Below are positions 9,426-19,440 of a stretch of 64,000 nt of DNA, one piece after another. Below the pieces are notes generated by a model. The model had not been told where the DNA came from, made no database searches, and saw nothing but the letters and a program-made list of their open reading frames with translations. The translations under genes and the position numbers were made by a program. This DNA is from Planctomycetia bacterium (GTDB lineage Bacteria; Planctomycetota; Planctomycetia; JALXBF01; JBGPMX01), in NCBI GenBank assembly GCA_036758585.1, contig DAIOWH010000009.1, forward strand, positions 1,573 through 65,572, in the 5' to 3' direction. The first letter of the stretch is position 1. Every line of letters begins with the position of its first letter.

Positions 9426-10448
9426 TTGCAGCCCACCGTGTTGATCGTACCTGGCGTGTTGTTCCACCAGCCCGGCCCGCACGTGGACTTGCTGCGCGCG
9501 GCGGGGTTCGAGATTCGCTACCCGCGCCGGCCGGAGATGTCGACCGAGGCCGAGACGATCGAGGCGCTCGACGGCATCGACGCCACGATCGCCGGCAGCG
9601 AACCGTACAACGAGCGAGTGCTGGCGGCTGCGCCCAGGCTGCGCGTCGTCTCGCGGGCCGGCGTCGGCGTCGATCGGATCGATCTCGACGCCGTCACGCG
9701 ACACGGCGTGGTGGTCGCCATCACACCGGCGGGCAATCACGAGGCCGTGGCCGAACACACGATGGCCATGCTGCTATCGCTCGCTCGGTCGCTCGTGTCG
9801 CAGAACCGCAGCGTGCGCCAGGGCCAGTGGTCGCGCGTTCCGCTGGCACCGCTGCGCGGCAAGACGCTGGGTCTGGTGGGGCTGGGCCGCATCGGTCGCA
9901 GCGTAGCCGTCCGCGCCGCCGCGTTTCGCATGAACCTGCTGGCCTGCGAGCAGGCCCCAGACGTTGAATTCTCACGCCGGCACGCGATTGAACTGGTCGA
10001 TCTGGACGCACTGCTTGCCCGCGCCGATTTCGTTTCACTGCACGTGCCGCTTACCGACGAGACGCGCGGTCTCGTGAATCGCGCGACGCTGGCACGCATG
10101 AAGCCTGGCAGCTACCTCGTGAACACGGCTCGTGGCGGACTGGTCGTCGAGTCTGACCTGCTGGCCGCGCTCGAGTCCGGACATCTTGCAGGCGCCGGCC
10201 TCGACGTGTTCGCCGTGGAGCCGACGCCGGCCGATAATCCGCTGCTGCGCCTGGAAAACGTGCTGGTCACGCCGCACATGGGCGGCGTCGATACTCAGTC
10301 GAACGAAGACATGGCCATCCAGTCGGCCGGGAACATCGTCGATCTCGTTACGGGCAGATGGCCTGACGGCTGCGTGGTGAATGCCGCCGTGAAACAGGTA
10401 TGGTCGCAGCGCCGCCGACTCGTGGCACTGGCCGAGGTGATGAGTTAA
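9426..10448 (+). CDS. D-isomer-specific 2-hydroxyacid dehydrogenase (phosphoglycerate dehydrogenase-like)
   Basis: NAD-binding GLVGLGRIGRSVA and catalytic-region motifs (LVNTARGGLVVESDLLAAL, VFAVEP, TPHMGG). Confidence 0.8.
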   Translation: MQPTVLIVPGVLFHQPGPHVDLLRAAGFEIRYPRRPEMSTEAETIEALDGIDATIAGSEPYNERVLAAAPRLRVVSRAGVGVDRIDLDAVTRHGVVVAITPAGNHEAVAEHTMAMLLSLARSLVSQNRSVRQGQWSRVPLAPLRGKTLGLVGLGRIGRSVAVRAAAFRMNLLACEQAPDVEFSRRHAIELVDLDALLARADFVSLHVPLTDETRGLVNRATLARMKPGSYLVNTARGGLVVESDLLAALESGHLAGAGLDVFAVEPTPADNPLLRLENVLVTPHMGGVDTQSNEDMAIQSAGNIVDLVTGRWPDGCVVNAAVKQVWSQRRRLVALAEVMS

Positions 10449-10519
10449 CCTGCCCACCAAGGAACCGATCCCGCCGTCACCGACCGGCTACCAAAACCCG
10501 AGATTGGAGGTCCTTGCTC

Positions 10520-12247
10520 ATGCCGCTCCTGTGCAGTGCGTCTTGTCAGGCTCGCGGTGTCCGCCGCCGCGCAACCCGTTACGTGATTTCGGGGCTTGCG
10601 GCCGTGATGCTGTCGGCCGCGTGGCCGGCGCCGGCCCGCGCGGACGGGCCGCTGGTGTTTCGCGACGTGGGCGATGAGGCTGGGCTGTTTCCGGCGGTGA
10701 GCAAGATCGCCGGGCACGGAGTCGGCTGGGGCGACGCCGATGGCGACGGCTGGCCCGACCTCTATGTCGGTACGTTCGGCGGCGACCCGGTGCCGTATGC
10801 GTCGAAGCCCAACCAGTTCTTCCGAAACGTACGCGGCAAGTTTGTGCTCGACGAACAGCCGCACCTGCGCATCGTCGGCCGATCGAACGGGGCCGTCTTC
10901 GCCGACCTCGACAACGACGGCGACCTCGACCTGTACACGACGAACCACGCGATCGAGTACCCGGGGCAGCCGCACTTTCAGACCCCGAACGCGCTGTTCC
11001 GCAACGACGGCGGCGGCAAGTTCACCGACGTGTCGGCTGCGACAGGTGCGTGCCCGCGCGGGTTCGCCTGCCGCAGCGTCGCCGTGTTCGATGCCGACGG
11101 CGACACGCTGCTCGACCTCATCGTCGGCGAGTGTTTCTTCCAGGGCGGCACGAGCCGCTCGCGACTGTATCGCAATCTCGGCGGACTGAAGTTCGAAGAT
11201 TACACCAGCAAGGCCGGACTGCCCGACAAGGTCACCGGGTTCGGCGTGGCCGCCGGCGACGTCAACGGCGACACTTGGCCCGACCTGATGTTCGGCGGCC
11301 GGCATCACGGCAACCGGCTGTTCCTGAGCGACGGCGCCGGCAAGTTTCGCGAACTGCCCGCGGCGCACGGCAGTTTTCCGTGGACGTACAAGGACACGCC
11401 CGACGACACGACGTGCGGCGTGTGCATGGGCGATGTGAATCGCGACGGGCTCGTCGATATCGTGATCGGCTCGCACTGCGACCGGCCGTGGTACACCGGC
11501 GGTGTGGCGGTGCGGCTGTTCTTGAACCGCGGCGTCGACGGGGGCCTGCCGCGATTCGAGGACGTCACCGATTCGGTCGGACTCGTGCCGCTGCCGATGA
11601 AAAGCCCGCACGTCGAGATCCAGGACTTCGACAACGACGGCTGGCCAGACATCTATACAAGCATCGTGAAGTTCGCGGGCGGCAAGACCCATCCGGTGAT
11701 CTTCCGCGGCCGTGGCGTGAGCGGCGGCCTGCCGCAGTTTCGCGAAGAGGCGCTCGCCGTCAACGACTTCCCGACCGAGGCCGACAAGAAGGATGGCGAC
11801 GTCGGCGCGTTCTTCGCGCGGATGGAACGCGAAGGCAAGATCGTGTACACCGCCCCCGGCCCGTCGGCCGACTACGACCGCGACGGCCGGCTCGATCTGT
11901 TTCTGGCCAACTGGTGGGTGAACTCGCGCTCGCTGCTCTTGCGCAACGAAACAGCGGCGGGCAACTGGCTGCAAATCGCCGTCAACGGTCAGCCCGGCGT
12001 GAACCGCATGGGCATCGGCTCGGTGGTACGCGTCTACCCGGCCGGCAAGCTCGGCCAGCGCGACGCGCTCTTGGCCGTCCGCGAGATCGCCGTCGGCTAC
12101 GGCTACGCATCGGGCCAAGAAGCGATCGCTCACTTCGGGCTTGGCTCGCTGCCGGCGTGCGACATCGAGATTGTTCTGCCGCACGGCAAGGGCCGGCTCG
12201 AACGCAAAGCCGTGAAGGCGAATCAACTGCTCACCATTGCACCGTAA
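10520..12247 (+). CDS. CRTAC1-family FG-GAP/ASPIC-UnbV repeat protein (secreted)
   Basis: Signal peptide. Repeated Dx(D/N)xDGxxD(L/I)(Y/F) FG-GAP calcium loops (DADGDGWPDLYV, DLDNDGDLDLYTTN, DVNRDGLVDIVIGS, DFDNDGWPDIYTS, DYDRDGRLDLFLANWW). C-terminal UnbV_ASPIC motif GYGYASGQEAIAHFGLG. GGAGG precedes the ATG at 10520. Confidence 0.8.
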   Translation: MPLLCSASCQARGVRRRATRYVISGLAAVMLSAAWPAPARADGPLVFRDVGDEAGLFPAVSKIAGHGVGWGDADGDGWPDLYVGTFGGDPVPYASKPNQFFRNVRGKFVLDEQPHLRIVGRSNGAVFADLDNDGDLDLYTTNHAIEYPGQPHFQTPNALFRNDGGGKFTDVSAATGACPRGFACRSVAVFDADGDTLLDLIVGECFFQGGTSRSRLYRNLGGLKFEDYTSKAGLPDKVTGFGVAAGDVNGDTWPDLMFGGRHHGNRLFLSDGAGKFRELPAAHGSFPWTYKDTPDDTTCGVCMGDVNRDGLVDIVIGSHCDRPWYTGGVAVRLFLNRGVDGGLPRFEDVTDSVGLVPLPMKSPHVEIQDFDNDGWPDIYTSIVKFAGGKTHPVIFRGRGVSGGLPQFREEALAVNDFPTEADKKDGDVGAFFARMEREGKIVYTAPGPSADYDRDGRLDLFLANWWVNSRSLLLRNETAAGNWLQIAVNGQPGVNRMGIGSVVRVYPAGKLGQRDALLAVREIAVGYGYASGQEAIAHFGLGSLPACDIEIVLPHGKGRLERKAVKANQLLTIAP

Positions 12248-12262
12248 CACGCAGACTCACCG

Positions 12263-13588
12263 ATGCGACACACGACACGACGAGAGCATCTGGCCGAGAT
12301 GAGTTTGGGCCTCGCGGCGGTTTCGTTGGGAGGCGGCCTCGGCAGCGTGCGGGCCGCTCAGGCGCCCGCGCGGAAATGGCTGCCGGCCACAGCCTACTGT
12401 GTGCCCAAGGAGACCGCGCCCGAGGGCGAGGGCTACTTCTCGATCATCACCGGACACAACGGGCGACTCTACGTCGGCACGCACGCCAACGCCGTCAACG
12501 CCTGGCTCGTCGAGTTCGATCCCGCGAAGAAGGCGATGGCCGTCGTCGTGGACGCTCACAAGGAGATCGGCACCAACGCCAAGGGCTTTGCCTCGCAGGC
12601 CAAGATCCACACGCGAAACAACGTCGGCGCCAGCGGCAAGATCTACTTTGGCACGAAGCAAGGCTACCCGTCCGACAAGGAAAAACGCGAGGACTACCCC
12701 GGCGGCTACCCGATGGTCTACGACCCGGCCACGGGCAAGACCAAGGTGTACCCGATCCCGGTGCCGCATCACGGCATCAACAGCATCACGCCCGACGAAT
12801 CGCGCGGCATCGCCTACGTCTCAACCTGCTCGGACCACCGACCAGGGCCGGGCGAGAACTCGATCTTCTTGATCCTCGACTTGAACACCGGCAAGTACCG
12901 GACGCTGATGGACACCGAACACTTCTTCGGATTCATCGTGATCGACCATCTTGGCCGGGCCTATCACCCGATCCTCGGCGGCGACATCGCGCGCTACGAC
13001 CCGCGCACCGACAAGCTCGAGCGTCTCAAGCAGACGATCGACGGCAAACCGCCCGCGCCCGAACACCGGCTGAACCTACCCACGCCGGACCCGATCAACT
13101 GGGACATCACTCCCGACGGGAAGACGTTGTATGCCGAGCCGATGACCTGCAACGGACTGTTCAGCTACGACCTGACGGCGACCGGCGACGCGATCCCCGG
13201 CCGCAGCCTGGGCCCGCTCGTCGCCGGCGCGAAGGCGGTCGACTGCCGCGCGATGTGTGTCGGCCCCAAGGGCGACGTGTGGAGCGCGATCACCGAGGAG
13301 GGCACGCCCGAAGTGACCAACCTGCTACACCTGGTCACCTACCGCGCCGGCGACAAGTCGCCCACCGACCTCGGTTGCGTTTCGGTCCGCAACCCGGACT
13401 ACACCGAGTTCACCGGCAAGGACGGCAAGCCGCTGCCGTTTCACAGTGGCCTGGCCAAACTGGCCGACGGCACCTGGACGACACGGCACGTGATCCTCGG
13501 CGTCTCGCAGGCTCAGACCGGCAAGGTCTACGCCCTCATGCTGTGCCCGTACACACTGTTGGAGATCGAGCCGCCCGCGCGGGCGTGA
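12263..13588 (+). CDS. Hypothetical secreted protein (possible Tat signal; beta-propeller-like, no recognisable family)
   Basis: The 441-aa ORF has coding-like composition and an N-terminal RREHL...AAVSLGGG region. No motif could be assigned from sequence. Confidence 0.45.
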   Translation: MRHTTRREHLAEMSLGLAAVSLGGGLGSVRAAQAPARKWLPATAYCVPKETAPEGEGYFSIITGHNGRLYVGTHANAVNAWLVEFDPAKKAMAVVVDAHKEIGTNAKGFASQAKIHTRNNVGASGKIYFGTKQGYPSDKEKREDYPGGYPMVYDPATGKTKVYPIPVPHHGINSITPDESRGIAYVSTCSDHRPGPGENSIFLILDLNTGKYRTLMDTEHFFGFIVIDHLGRAYHPILGGDIARYDPRTDKLERLKQTIDGKPPAPEHRLNLPTPDPINWDITPDGKTLYAEPMTCNGLFSYDLTATGDAIPGRSLGPLVAGAKAVDCRAMCVGPKGDVWSAITEEGTPEVTNLLHLVTYRAGDKSPTDLGCVSVRNPDYTEFTGKDGKPLPFHSGLAKLADGTWTTRHVILGVSQAQTGKVYALMLCPYTLLEIEPPARA

Positions 13589-13593
13589 GCACT

Positions 13594-16500
13594 CTACCGC
13601 CCGATCTCGATGGCCAGCGGTTCAGTCCAGTGTTTTTGCTCGGCGGTGTAATAGAGGTACGTGCGCGAGGCGGGGCCGGTGTAGCGACCGGGCCATTCGG
13701 CGACGAGGTCGAGCTTGATCGCGACTTTCCTAGCCGGCGCGAGCGAGCGCCAGTAGCAGATCACCTCACGGGCGCGGGTTTCGTAGTAGTCGATCGTGCC
13801 GGCCTTCTTCAGTTCTTCGAGCTGGTCGGCCCGCGGCTGCAGGCCGGCGGGAAGGCCGAGGATGGCGATCGTCATTGGCTGACCACGGTCGGTTGTGTTC
13901 ACGAGTTCGGCGTGGAGCGCGACGGTGTCGCCGGCGCGGACCGCGCCGCCGGCGAGCTTGGTCGTCAGCCGGACTGGGCAGTCGGCGTGGTTGGCCGGCG
14001 TCGCAACGCGGTAGCGCACGTCGAGCGCGTAAGGCATCGCGTTGTCGCCGGTGAGCCGGATCGTTAGGTGGTTGTCGCCCGGCCGGAGCTTCGTCGCCAG
14101 GTCGGCGATGGAAATCTCGCGGTCGTGGCCGGCACCAAACGGCGCGTGGCCGATCGCTTCGCCGTCGCGGCTGACGATCAGTTCGCCGCCGCTGACTGTC
14201 TTGCGGTTCGCCTTTGAGTGTTCGACGAGCGCCTTGAGCGCGAGGATCGTCGCCTGAGTGGAACCCCAGCCGCCGCCCTGGCGATGCGCGACGATCCACT
14301 CGACGGCCTTGTCGGCGTTTTGGTGGTAGGTCGGGACCTTGAGGAACGCCAGCGCCGCCAGCGCCGTCGTTTCGGCCGTGAGCGATATTCCGCCCGACCG
14401 CGTGATCGAGCCTTCCTTGCCGTCGAGCCGCCCGTCGCCGGCCTGCGATTCGGCGAGCTTGTCGAGTAGCTCCTTCGCGGCCGCGTGCTGCCCGCCGTTC
14501 ACCGCGCTGGCCGCGGCGAGTGCGACCAGGTACGGGTCGTCCGACTTTCTGGCGAGTTCAATCACGTGCGCGATCTCCGTCGCGATGTTCTGTTCGCCCG
14601 ACTCGGTGAGCGCCCAGACGATGTAGGCGTCGGTGATGTGTGGCGGTGCGCCGCCGAAGCTATCGAGCGCCCGCGGGTTTCGCTGAAAACCGCCCTTGCC
14701 GTCGCGACGCGCCAGCAACCACGCGGCCGTCCGCTCGATCATCTGCCGATCGACCGGGTAGACTTCGGCCATGTCGCGGAACTCCATCAATCCGTACGCC
14801 GTGAGCGCCTCGTGGCCGGGATCGCCGCCGAACCATTCGTAGCCGCGCTCCTTGCACTCGTAGGCGGTCAGCTTGGCGTAGCCGTTTTTCAGAAGCTCGC
14901 GGGCGCGGCGCGTGATCTCGGGGTCCGCGACCTTGTGCTCCTGCATGTACTGCATCGTCAGCACGTTCGGATAGTTCGACGTCGACGCCTGCTCGAAGCA
15001 GCCGTACGGCTCGCGCAGGATGCTCTCGACTCCCTTCTGCAAGTCGGCAAGCGTGGACGGGAACGCGGCGAGCGAGATTTCGAGCGATCCGGGCACGATC
15101 GTGTCGGGCAGCGTCAACGTCACGCGATGGTCGCCTTCGAGCCGGCCAGCGTGCGATTGAAGCGCAGGGAAACCGGCCGGGACGACCGCGATCGTCTGCT
15201 TCTTTGCGTCGGCCAGTCGCCCGGCGGCGCCGCGGACCTCGATGTCGGCGAAGCCGCTGCGGCCGAGGACGTTCAGCGTGAAGTGCTCGCGCGATCTCGT
15301 GCCTGGTCCGAGCACGAGCGTCCGCTTCGCGTCGCCTTCGATGGCCATTTGGTCGCCGGCCGAAAGGGTGAGCGTCACCGGCAGTTCGCCGCGCGTGTCG
15401 TTGCCGATCGCGACTGGCAACTCGATGCGATCGCCGGCGTTGACCTCGAGCGGCAGCTTCGGCTCGATGGTGAACGGGATGCGCGAGACGACCTCGCCCG
15501 TGCCAACGCCGATTCGGCCCGCGCCGTTGTGCGCGTCGGCGAGCACGCGAAACGTCGTGACCGAGTCGGACAGGTCGAACCGCGCCGTCGCCCGGCCGTC
15601 GGCGTCGGTGATGAGCATCGGGTGCCAGAACACGGTCTCGGCAAAGTCGCTGCGCACGCCAGGCTCGCCGCCGCTGTGTTTGTGCGCGTACTCGCGCACG
15701 GTGAAGCGGTAGCGCTCCAGACCTAGTTGCAACCGCGCGGCCGCCCCGAAAAGATTCGCCTCGTCACCAAGCTGCTTCGCGCGGCCGAGTTCACGGCGCA
15801 GCTCGCCAAGTTGACGCAGGCCGAGTTTTTCCTGCTCAAGCGCCTCCAGCATGGCCTGCCGCTTGCCGGCCCGCGCGTCTAACTTGTCGAACCGGTTGGC
15901 GAACTTGGCCAGGAACGCATCCTCGGCTGGTTCACCCCGCAGTTTTCCCTTGAACTCTTTGTCCCAAAAGAAATTGTGGTCGGCACCTTTAGCCCAGAGC
16001 ATATTCAGCCCCGCCAGAGCTTCGTCCTTGACGCCGTCACGCCCTTCCGCGACCAACCTGACCGCTTCGGCCAATCGCTGGTGCACCTTGGCCTGCTCGG
16101 CGGCCAGTTGGTCGTTGGCCATCTTGGCCAACTCGGGTGCGGCTTTCGGACTTGCGGCCGCCGCCGGCTCCGGCTCCCTCCGGACCAAGAATCTCTCGAA
16201 CGCGGCCGATGCGAACTGGAGTGGCTGGTGCGGCTGCGGGTTCATCCAAAACAGGCCAACCAGCAGGCACGCGGTCGCGGCGGCGAGAGTCGGGACGCAG
16301 AATCGAACGGTCGGGGCCAGACGCAGCATCGTGAGCAGTACGGCGGCAACCGCAACGACGAGGCCGCCCGCTAAACTCATGGCGCCGAGCCGCTCGAGCG
16401 CCTGCTGCTGCTTGGCGGAGTGCGCGGCGAGGTGAGCTTGGTATTCACTTTGAGCGTCAGTCAGGTTGTCGAACATCGTGGGAGGCGTGATGTGGCCATC

Positions 16501-18768
16501 GAGCGACGCGAGCCGAGTCAGTTCCGCGCCGCCGGTCGCCGCGAACTGCGGGTCGCTGATCTGCGCCTCGACGAAACGTCGCCAACCCTGCGTGCCCAAG
16601 AGCAGGTCAAGCGCGGCCGGGGCCTTGGCCTCGGCCGACAGATAGAAGTCGGCCTTCTCCAGATCTTCGGGCTTCTCGACCTCGGTCGTGAGGTAGAAGT
16701 GAGTCGTCATCTGCGGTGTGTCGTCGTCGGCCATCTTCAGGAGTGCGTCGTCCACGACGGCGACGCCGAGCACGGCCGGAGTCGGCTCGCCGCGCTCGTT
16801 GGTCACCATGAGCGACACCTGCACCGGGTCGCCGGGCGAATACGACTCGCTCTCGCCGGCGACGCGCACGTCGAGCCGCCGGTCGGGGCGGCGATAGACG
16901 AGCCGCTCGGCGACCGGCCGCGGCGGCTGCGCGCTGTAGTCGAACACCGTGAGACGCACGACGCCCGCGGCCTCGGCGGCGATCGGCACGGCCAGCCGGT
17001 TCGAGCCGAGCCGCGTGACGAGCGCCTGCTGGCCGACCTGCACGCCGCGGCAGTACGCCGATGCGACCAGCGGCAGGTCCGACCTACCGGCGCGAACGTC
17101 GAGTTCGATCGAGCGACCCGGCTCGAATACGCCGGCGCCCGTGGCCAGCACCACGTGCCGCTCGGTGTTCACGTCGGGCAGACGCGGCTGGCTGATCACG
17201 TCGGCCGGCTTGGCGATCTTCAGCGAATAGGTCTCGCCCCGCTTCGGCGCGAAGGCGAACGAACCCATGCCCTTGTGCGCGGTCTCGACCTTGGCGACCT
17301 CGCGGCCCTGGCCATCGACGACGTAGCCCTCGATGTGGACCGGCTCGCCGCCGGGGTTACGCGCGACGAAGTAGACGCGGTTGTCCAAGTCGGCGACCAA
17401 GTCGCCGCCTTCGGGGAAGAAGCGGACGTCGACCTTGCCGAGGTTGATGCGAATTGTTTTGGCGATCGTCTCAGCCGCGCCGCCATCGTCCACGACGACG
17501 GCAAGCTGGGCGTCGCCCTTGTCGATCGCGGCGGGCAGTTGGAATTCAATCTGAAACGCGCCCGCCGGCCCGGCCTGCGCGGTTGCCTGGTGGACGTTTT
17601 GGCCGTCGACAGTCGCGGTGATGCGCAGTGTCGCGCCCGCCACAGCGCCGCCTTCGGCCCGGGTCGCCGCGAAGTCGGCCACGACCCGATCGCCCGGCGC
17701 GTAGCTGTCGCGAGTGAACTCGAGTTCCTTCTTGAGCCGCGGCAGTCGGTAGCGTCGGATGAAGAACGGCCGCTGCTCTTCGGGGAACGCGTCGTCGATC
17801 GCCCGCGCGACCAGCGTGAACCGGCCGCCGGCGATGTTCGGCGGGAGCTGAAACGACCCGCTGCCGACGCCGCGGTCCGTGACGCCCTCGAGTTCCGAAC
17901 CGGCCACGACGGCGCCCGATGGGTCGCGAATCTCGAAGTGAATCGGCGTCTCTTGCGGCGTGTCCAGTCCGAATCGACCCAGCGTCAGGGAGCGGTAGAA
18001 CACAGTCTCGCCCGGCTGATAGAGCGGCTTGTCGAGAGCAAGCTGAGTCACGAACCGTCGCTCGTCGACCGCGAGCTGCGAGTGCATGCGCGTCAGCTTG
18101 CCGTGGTGTACGGCGAGCACCTCGAACCGCGATCCGTTGGGCAGCGACACGTCGGGCGGCACGGCGGCGATCACCTGGCCGCTGGCATCGGTGTGTTGCG
18201 TCTTTTCGAGCAGCGTTGTGCCGTCCGGCGCGTGAACAGCGTACTGGACGTCGACATCGAGCGGCTCGCCGGTCACGGAAGTCGTCTGTACGGTGAACTG
18301 GTTGGTCAGGCCCGCGGCGACCTTGGCCGGCCCGGTCACGACTAGTCGCAGATGTTCGTCCGCAATGTCGGCGACCTGCGCGCGGTGCCGTGCGTAGCCG
18401 CTCGCGGTGATGACTACTAGTACGGCCGCGGCCAGGCCCACGACCCACTTGAGACCGCTCGCCCACACTCGCCCTCGCGACGCACTCGCTGGCAGTTCTG
18501 ACGACAGGCCACTCGCGCGGGCGGCGCTCAAGCCGGGTTCGTCGACGACCGCGCCGCCGCCATCCGGCCGAGCCAATTGCAGGCGAGGCACGTGCAATCG
18601 CGCCGCCGCCTCGAACAGCTTGGCCCGGTGCTGAGCCGCGGCATACGCGCGGGCTACATCCGGATCGCTTTCGATGCGTCGCCGCAGCGCCGCGGCCTCG
18701 TCGTCGCCCAAGAGGTCGTAGGTCAGCTCCAGCAGTTGCTGGTGCAGTTCGTCGTTGAGTTGGTTCAT
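13594..18768 (-). CDS. Anti-sigma-factor N-terminal domain + TM + MG-domain array + alpha-2-macroglobulin thioester domain (1724 aa); cognate of the adjacent ECF sigma factor
   Basis: N-terminus has an RskA/ChrR-type anti-sigma-like segment (LLELTYDLLGDDEAAALRRRIESDPDVARAY) followed by a TM helix. A long series of MG-like beta domains follows, then a mid-protein hydrophobic hairpin. The C-terminal A2M region carries the thioester motif PYGCFEQ. GGGAGA SD precedes ATG 18768. It lies 45 nt downstream of the ECF sigma gene. Confidence 0.7.
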   Translation of the reverse strand: MNQLNDELHQQLLELTYDLLGDDEAAALRRRIESDPDVARAYAAAQHRAKLFEAAARLHVPRLQLARPDGGGAVVDEPGLSAARASGLSSELPASASRGRVWASGLKWVVGLAAAVLVVITASGYARHRAQVADIADEHLRLVVTGPAKVAAGLTNQFTVQTTSVTGEPLDVDVQYAVHAPDGTTLLEKTQHTDASGQVIAAVPPDVSLPNGSRFEVLAVHHGKLTRMHSQLAVDERRFVTQLALDKPLYQPGETVFYRSLTLGRFGLDTPQETPIHFEIRDPSGAVVAGSELEGVTDRGVGSGSFQLPPNIAGGRFTLVARAIDDAFPEEQRPFFIRRYRLPRLKKELEFTRDSYAPGDRVVADFAATRAEGGAVAGATLRITATVDGQNVHQATAQAGPAGAFQIEFQLPAAIDKGDAQLAVVVDDGGAAETIAKTIRINLGKVDVRFFPEGGDLVADLDNRVYFVARNPGGEPVHIEGYVVDGQGREVAKVETAHKGMGSFAFAPKRGETYSLKIAKPADVISQPRLPDVNTERHVVLATGAGVFEPGRSIELDVRAGRSDLPLVASAYCRGVQVGQQALVTRLGSNRLAVPIAAEAAGVVRLTVFDYSAQPPRPVAERLVYRRPDRRLDVRVAGESESYSPGDPVQVSLMVTNERGEPTPAVLGVAVVDDALLKMADDDTPQMTTHFYLTTEVEKPEDLEKADFYLSAEAKAPAALDLLLGTQGWRRFVEAQISDPQFAATGGAELTRLASLDGHITPPTMFDNLTDAQSEYQAHLAAHSAKQQQALERLGAMSLAGGLVVAVAAVLLTMLRLAPTVRFCVPTLAAATACLLVGLFWMNPQPHQPLQFASAAFERFLVRREPEPAAAASPKAAPELAKMANDQLAAEQAKVHQRLAEAVRLVAEGRDGVKDEALAGLNMLWAKGADHNFFWDKEFKGKLRGEPAEDAFLAKFANRFDKLDARAGKRQAMLEALEQEKLGLRQLGELRRELGRAKQLGDEANLFGAAARLQLGLERYRFTVREYAHKHSGGEPGVRSDFAETVFWHPMLITDADGRATARFDLSDSVTTFRVLADAHNGAGRIGVGTGEVVSRIPFTIEPKLPLEVNAGDRIELPVAIGNDTRGELPVTLTLSAGDQMAIEGDAKRTLVLGPGTRSREHFTLNVLGRSGFADIEVRGAAGRLADAKKQTIAVVPAGFPALQSHAGRLEGDHRVTLTLPDTIVPGSLEISLAAFPSTLADLQKGVESILREPYGCFEQASTSNYPNVLTMQYMQEHKVADPEITRRARELLKNGYAKLTAYECKERGYEWFGGDPGHEALTAYGLMEFRDMAEVYPVDRQMIERTAAWLLARRDGKGGFQRNPRALDSFGGAPPHITDAYIVWALTESGEQNIATEIAHVIELARKSDDPYLVALAAASAVNGGQHAAAKELLDKLAESQAGDGRLDGKEGSITRSGGISLTAETTALAALAFLKVPTYHQNADKAVEWIVAHRQGGGWGSTQATILALKALVEHSKANRKTVSGGELIVSRDGEAIGHAPFGAGHDREISIADLATKLRPGDNHLTIRLTGDNAMPYALDVRYRVATPANHADCPVRLTTKLAGGAVRAGDTVALHAELVNTTDRGQPMTIAILGLPAGLQPRADQLEELKKAGTIDYYETRAREVICYWRSLAPARKVAIKLDLVAEWPGRYTGPASRTYLYYTAEQKHWTEPLAIEIGR

Positions 18769-18813
18769 GGCGTCTCCCGTGGAGTCTGCCGCGAGGGCAG
18801 TGGTTCTCGAATG

Positions 18814-19428
18814 TCATTGCGCCGCGAGCGCGGCCCTCAGTTTCGCAATCGCCAGCCGCATGCGCGTTCGCACGGTGCCGGGCGGGATGCCCAACTCGCG
18901 GCCGATCTGGTCGTAGGTCAGTCCGGCATTCTGGCGGAGCAGGAAGACGTCCTGTTCCTCGGGACGCAGGTCGCTGACGGCGCGACGGACAAGTGCGAGC
19001 TCCTCAGCGTCTTCGAGTTCAGACCGCGTGTGCCGTTCTGTGGTGACCAGCATCTCGTGCGCTCCTTCTTGCAGCAGCCGGCGACGTCGCCCGGTCGCTC
19101 GTCTCAGGTCGCGGCCCGTGTTTAGGGCGACGCGGAATATCCATGCCTTGAGGTTCTCGACTACGCTCAGTCCGTCGCGGTTGCGCCAGCACTTGACGAA
19201 AGTCTCTTGAAGTGCGTCGCGTGCGTCCTCGACATTGCCCACCAGGTGAAACAGCGTTCCGAGCAGTTCGTCCTGATAGAGCGCAAACGCTTGCACGAGC
19301 GAACGAGCAGCCTCGCCGTCGTCCGCCGCCTCGGCCCGCGGGGCTAAGCGTGTGAGCTTCATGGGCTTTGCAGATAAGACGCTGGAGGGGGGGATTTGGT
19401 TTCGCGTAACAAGATTGCCGCTACTCAC
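18814..19428 (-). CDS. ECF (sigma-70 family group IV) RNA polymerase sigma factor
   Basis: Region 2 (LVQAFALYQDELLGTLFHLVGNVEDARDALQETFVKCW) and region 4 HTH (LTYDQIGRELGIPPGTVRTRMRLAIAKL). Start may be GTG 19428 or the internal ATG at about 19362. Confidence 0.85.
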   Translation of the reverse strand: MSSGNLVTRNQIPPSSVLSAKPMKLTRLAPRAEAADDGEAARSLVQAFALYQDELLGTLFHLVGNVEDARDALQETFVKCWRNRDGLSVVENLKAWIFRVALNTGRDLRRATGRRRRLLQEGAHEMLVTTERHTRSELEDAEELALVRRAVSDLRPEEQDVFLLRQNAGLTYDQIGRELGIPPGTVRTRMRLAIAKLRAALAAQ

Positions 19429-19440
19429 TCGGGGAACGGA

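Noticed and set aside
11050-14067. 1005-aa plus-strand ORF spanning the ASPIC and hypothetical genes
   Set aside because: It lies in an alternative frame of two strongly supported genes. It is an extremely Arg/Pro/Gly-rich low-complexity translation with no domain signal, a high-GC artifact.
13594-18768. Numerous 60-420-aa ORFs in other frames or strands within the A2M gene (e.g. 14485..15726, 16420..18345, 17546..18817)
   Set aside because: All lie inside a single long ORF with coherent A2M/MG domain homology, so they are GC-driven open frames.
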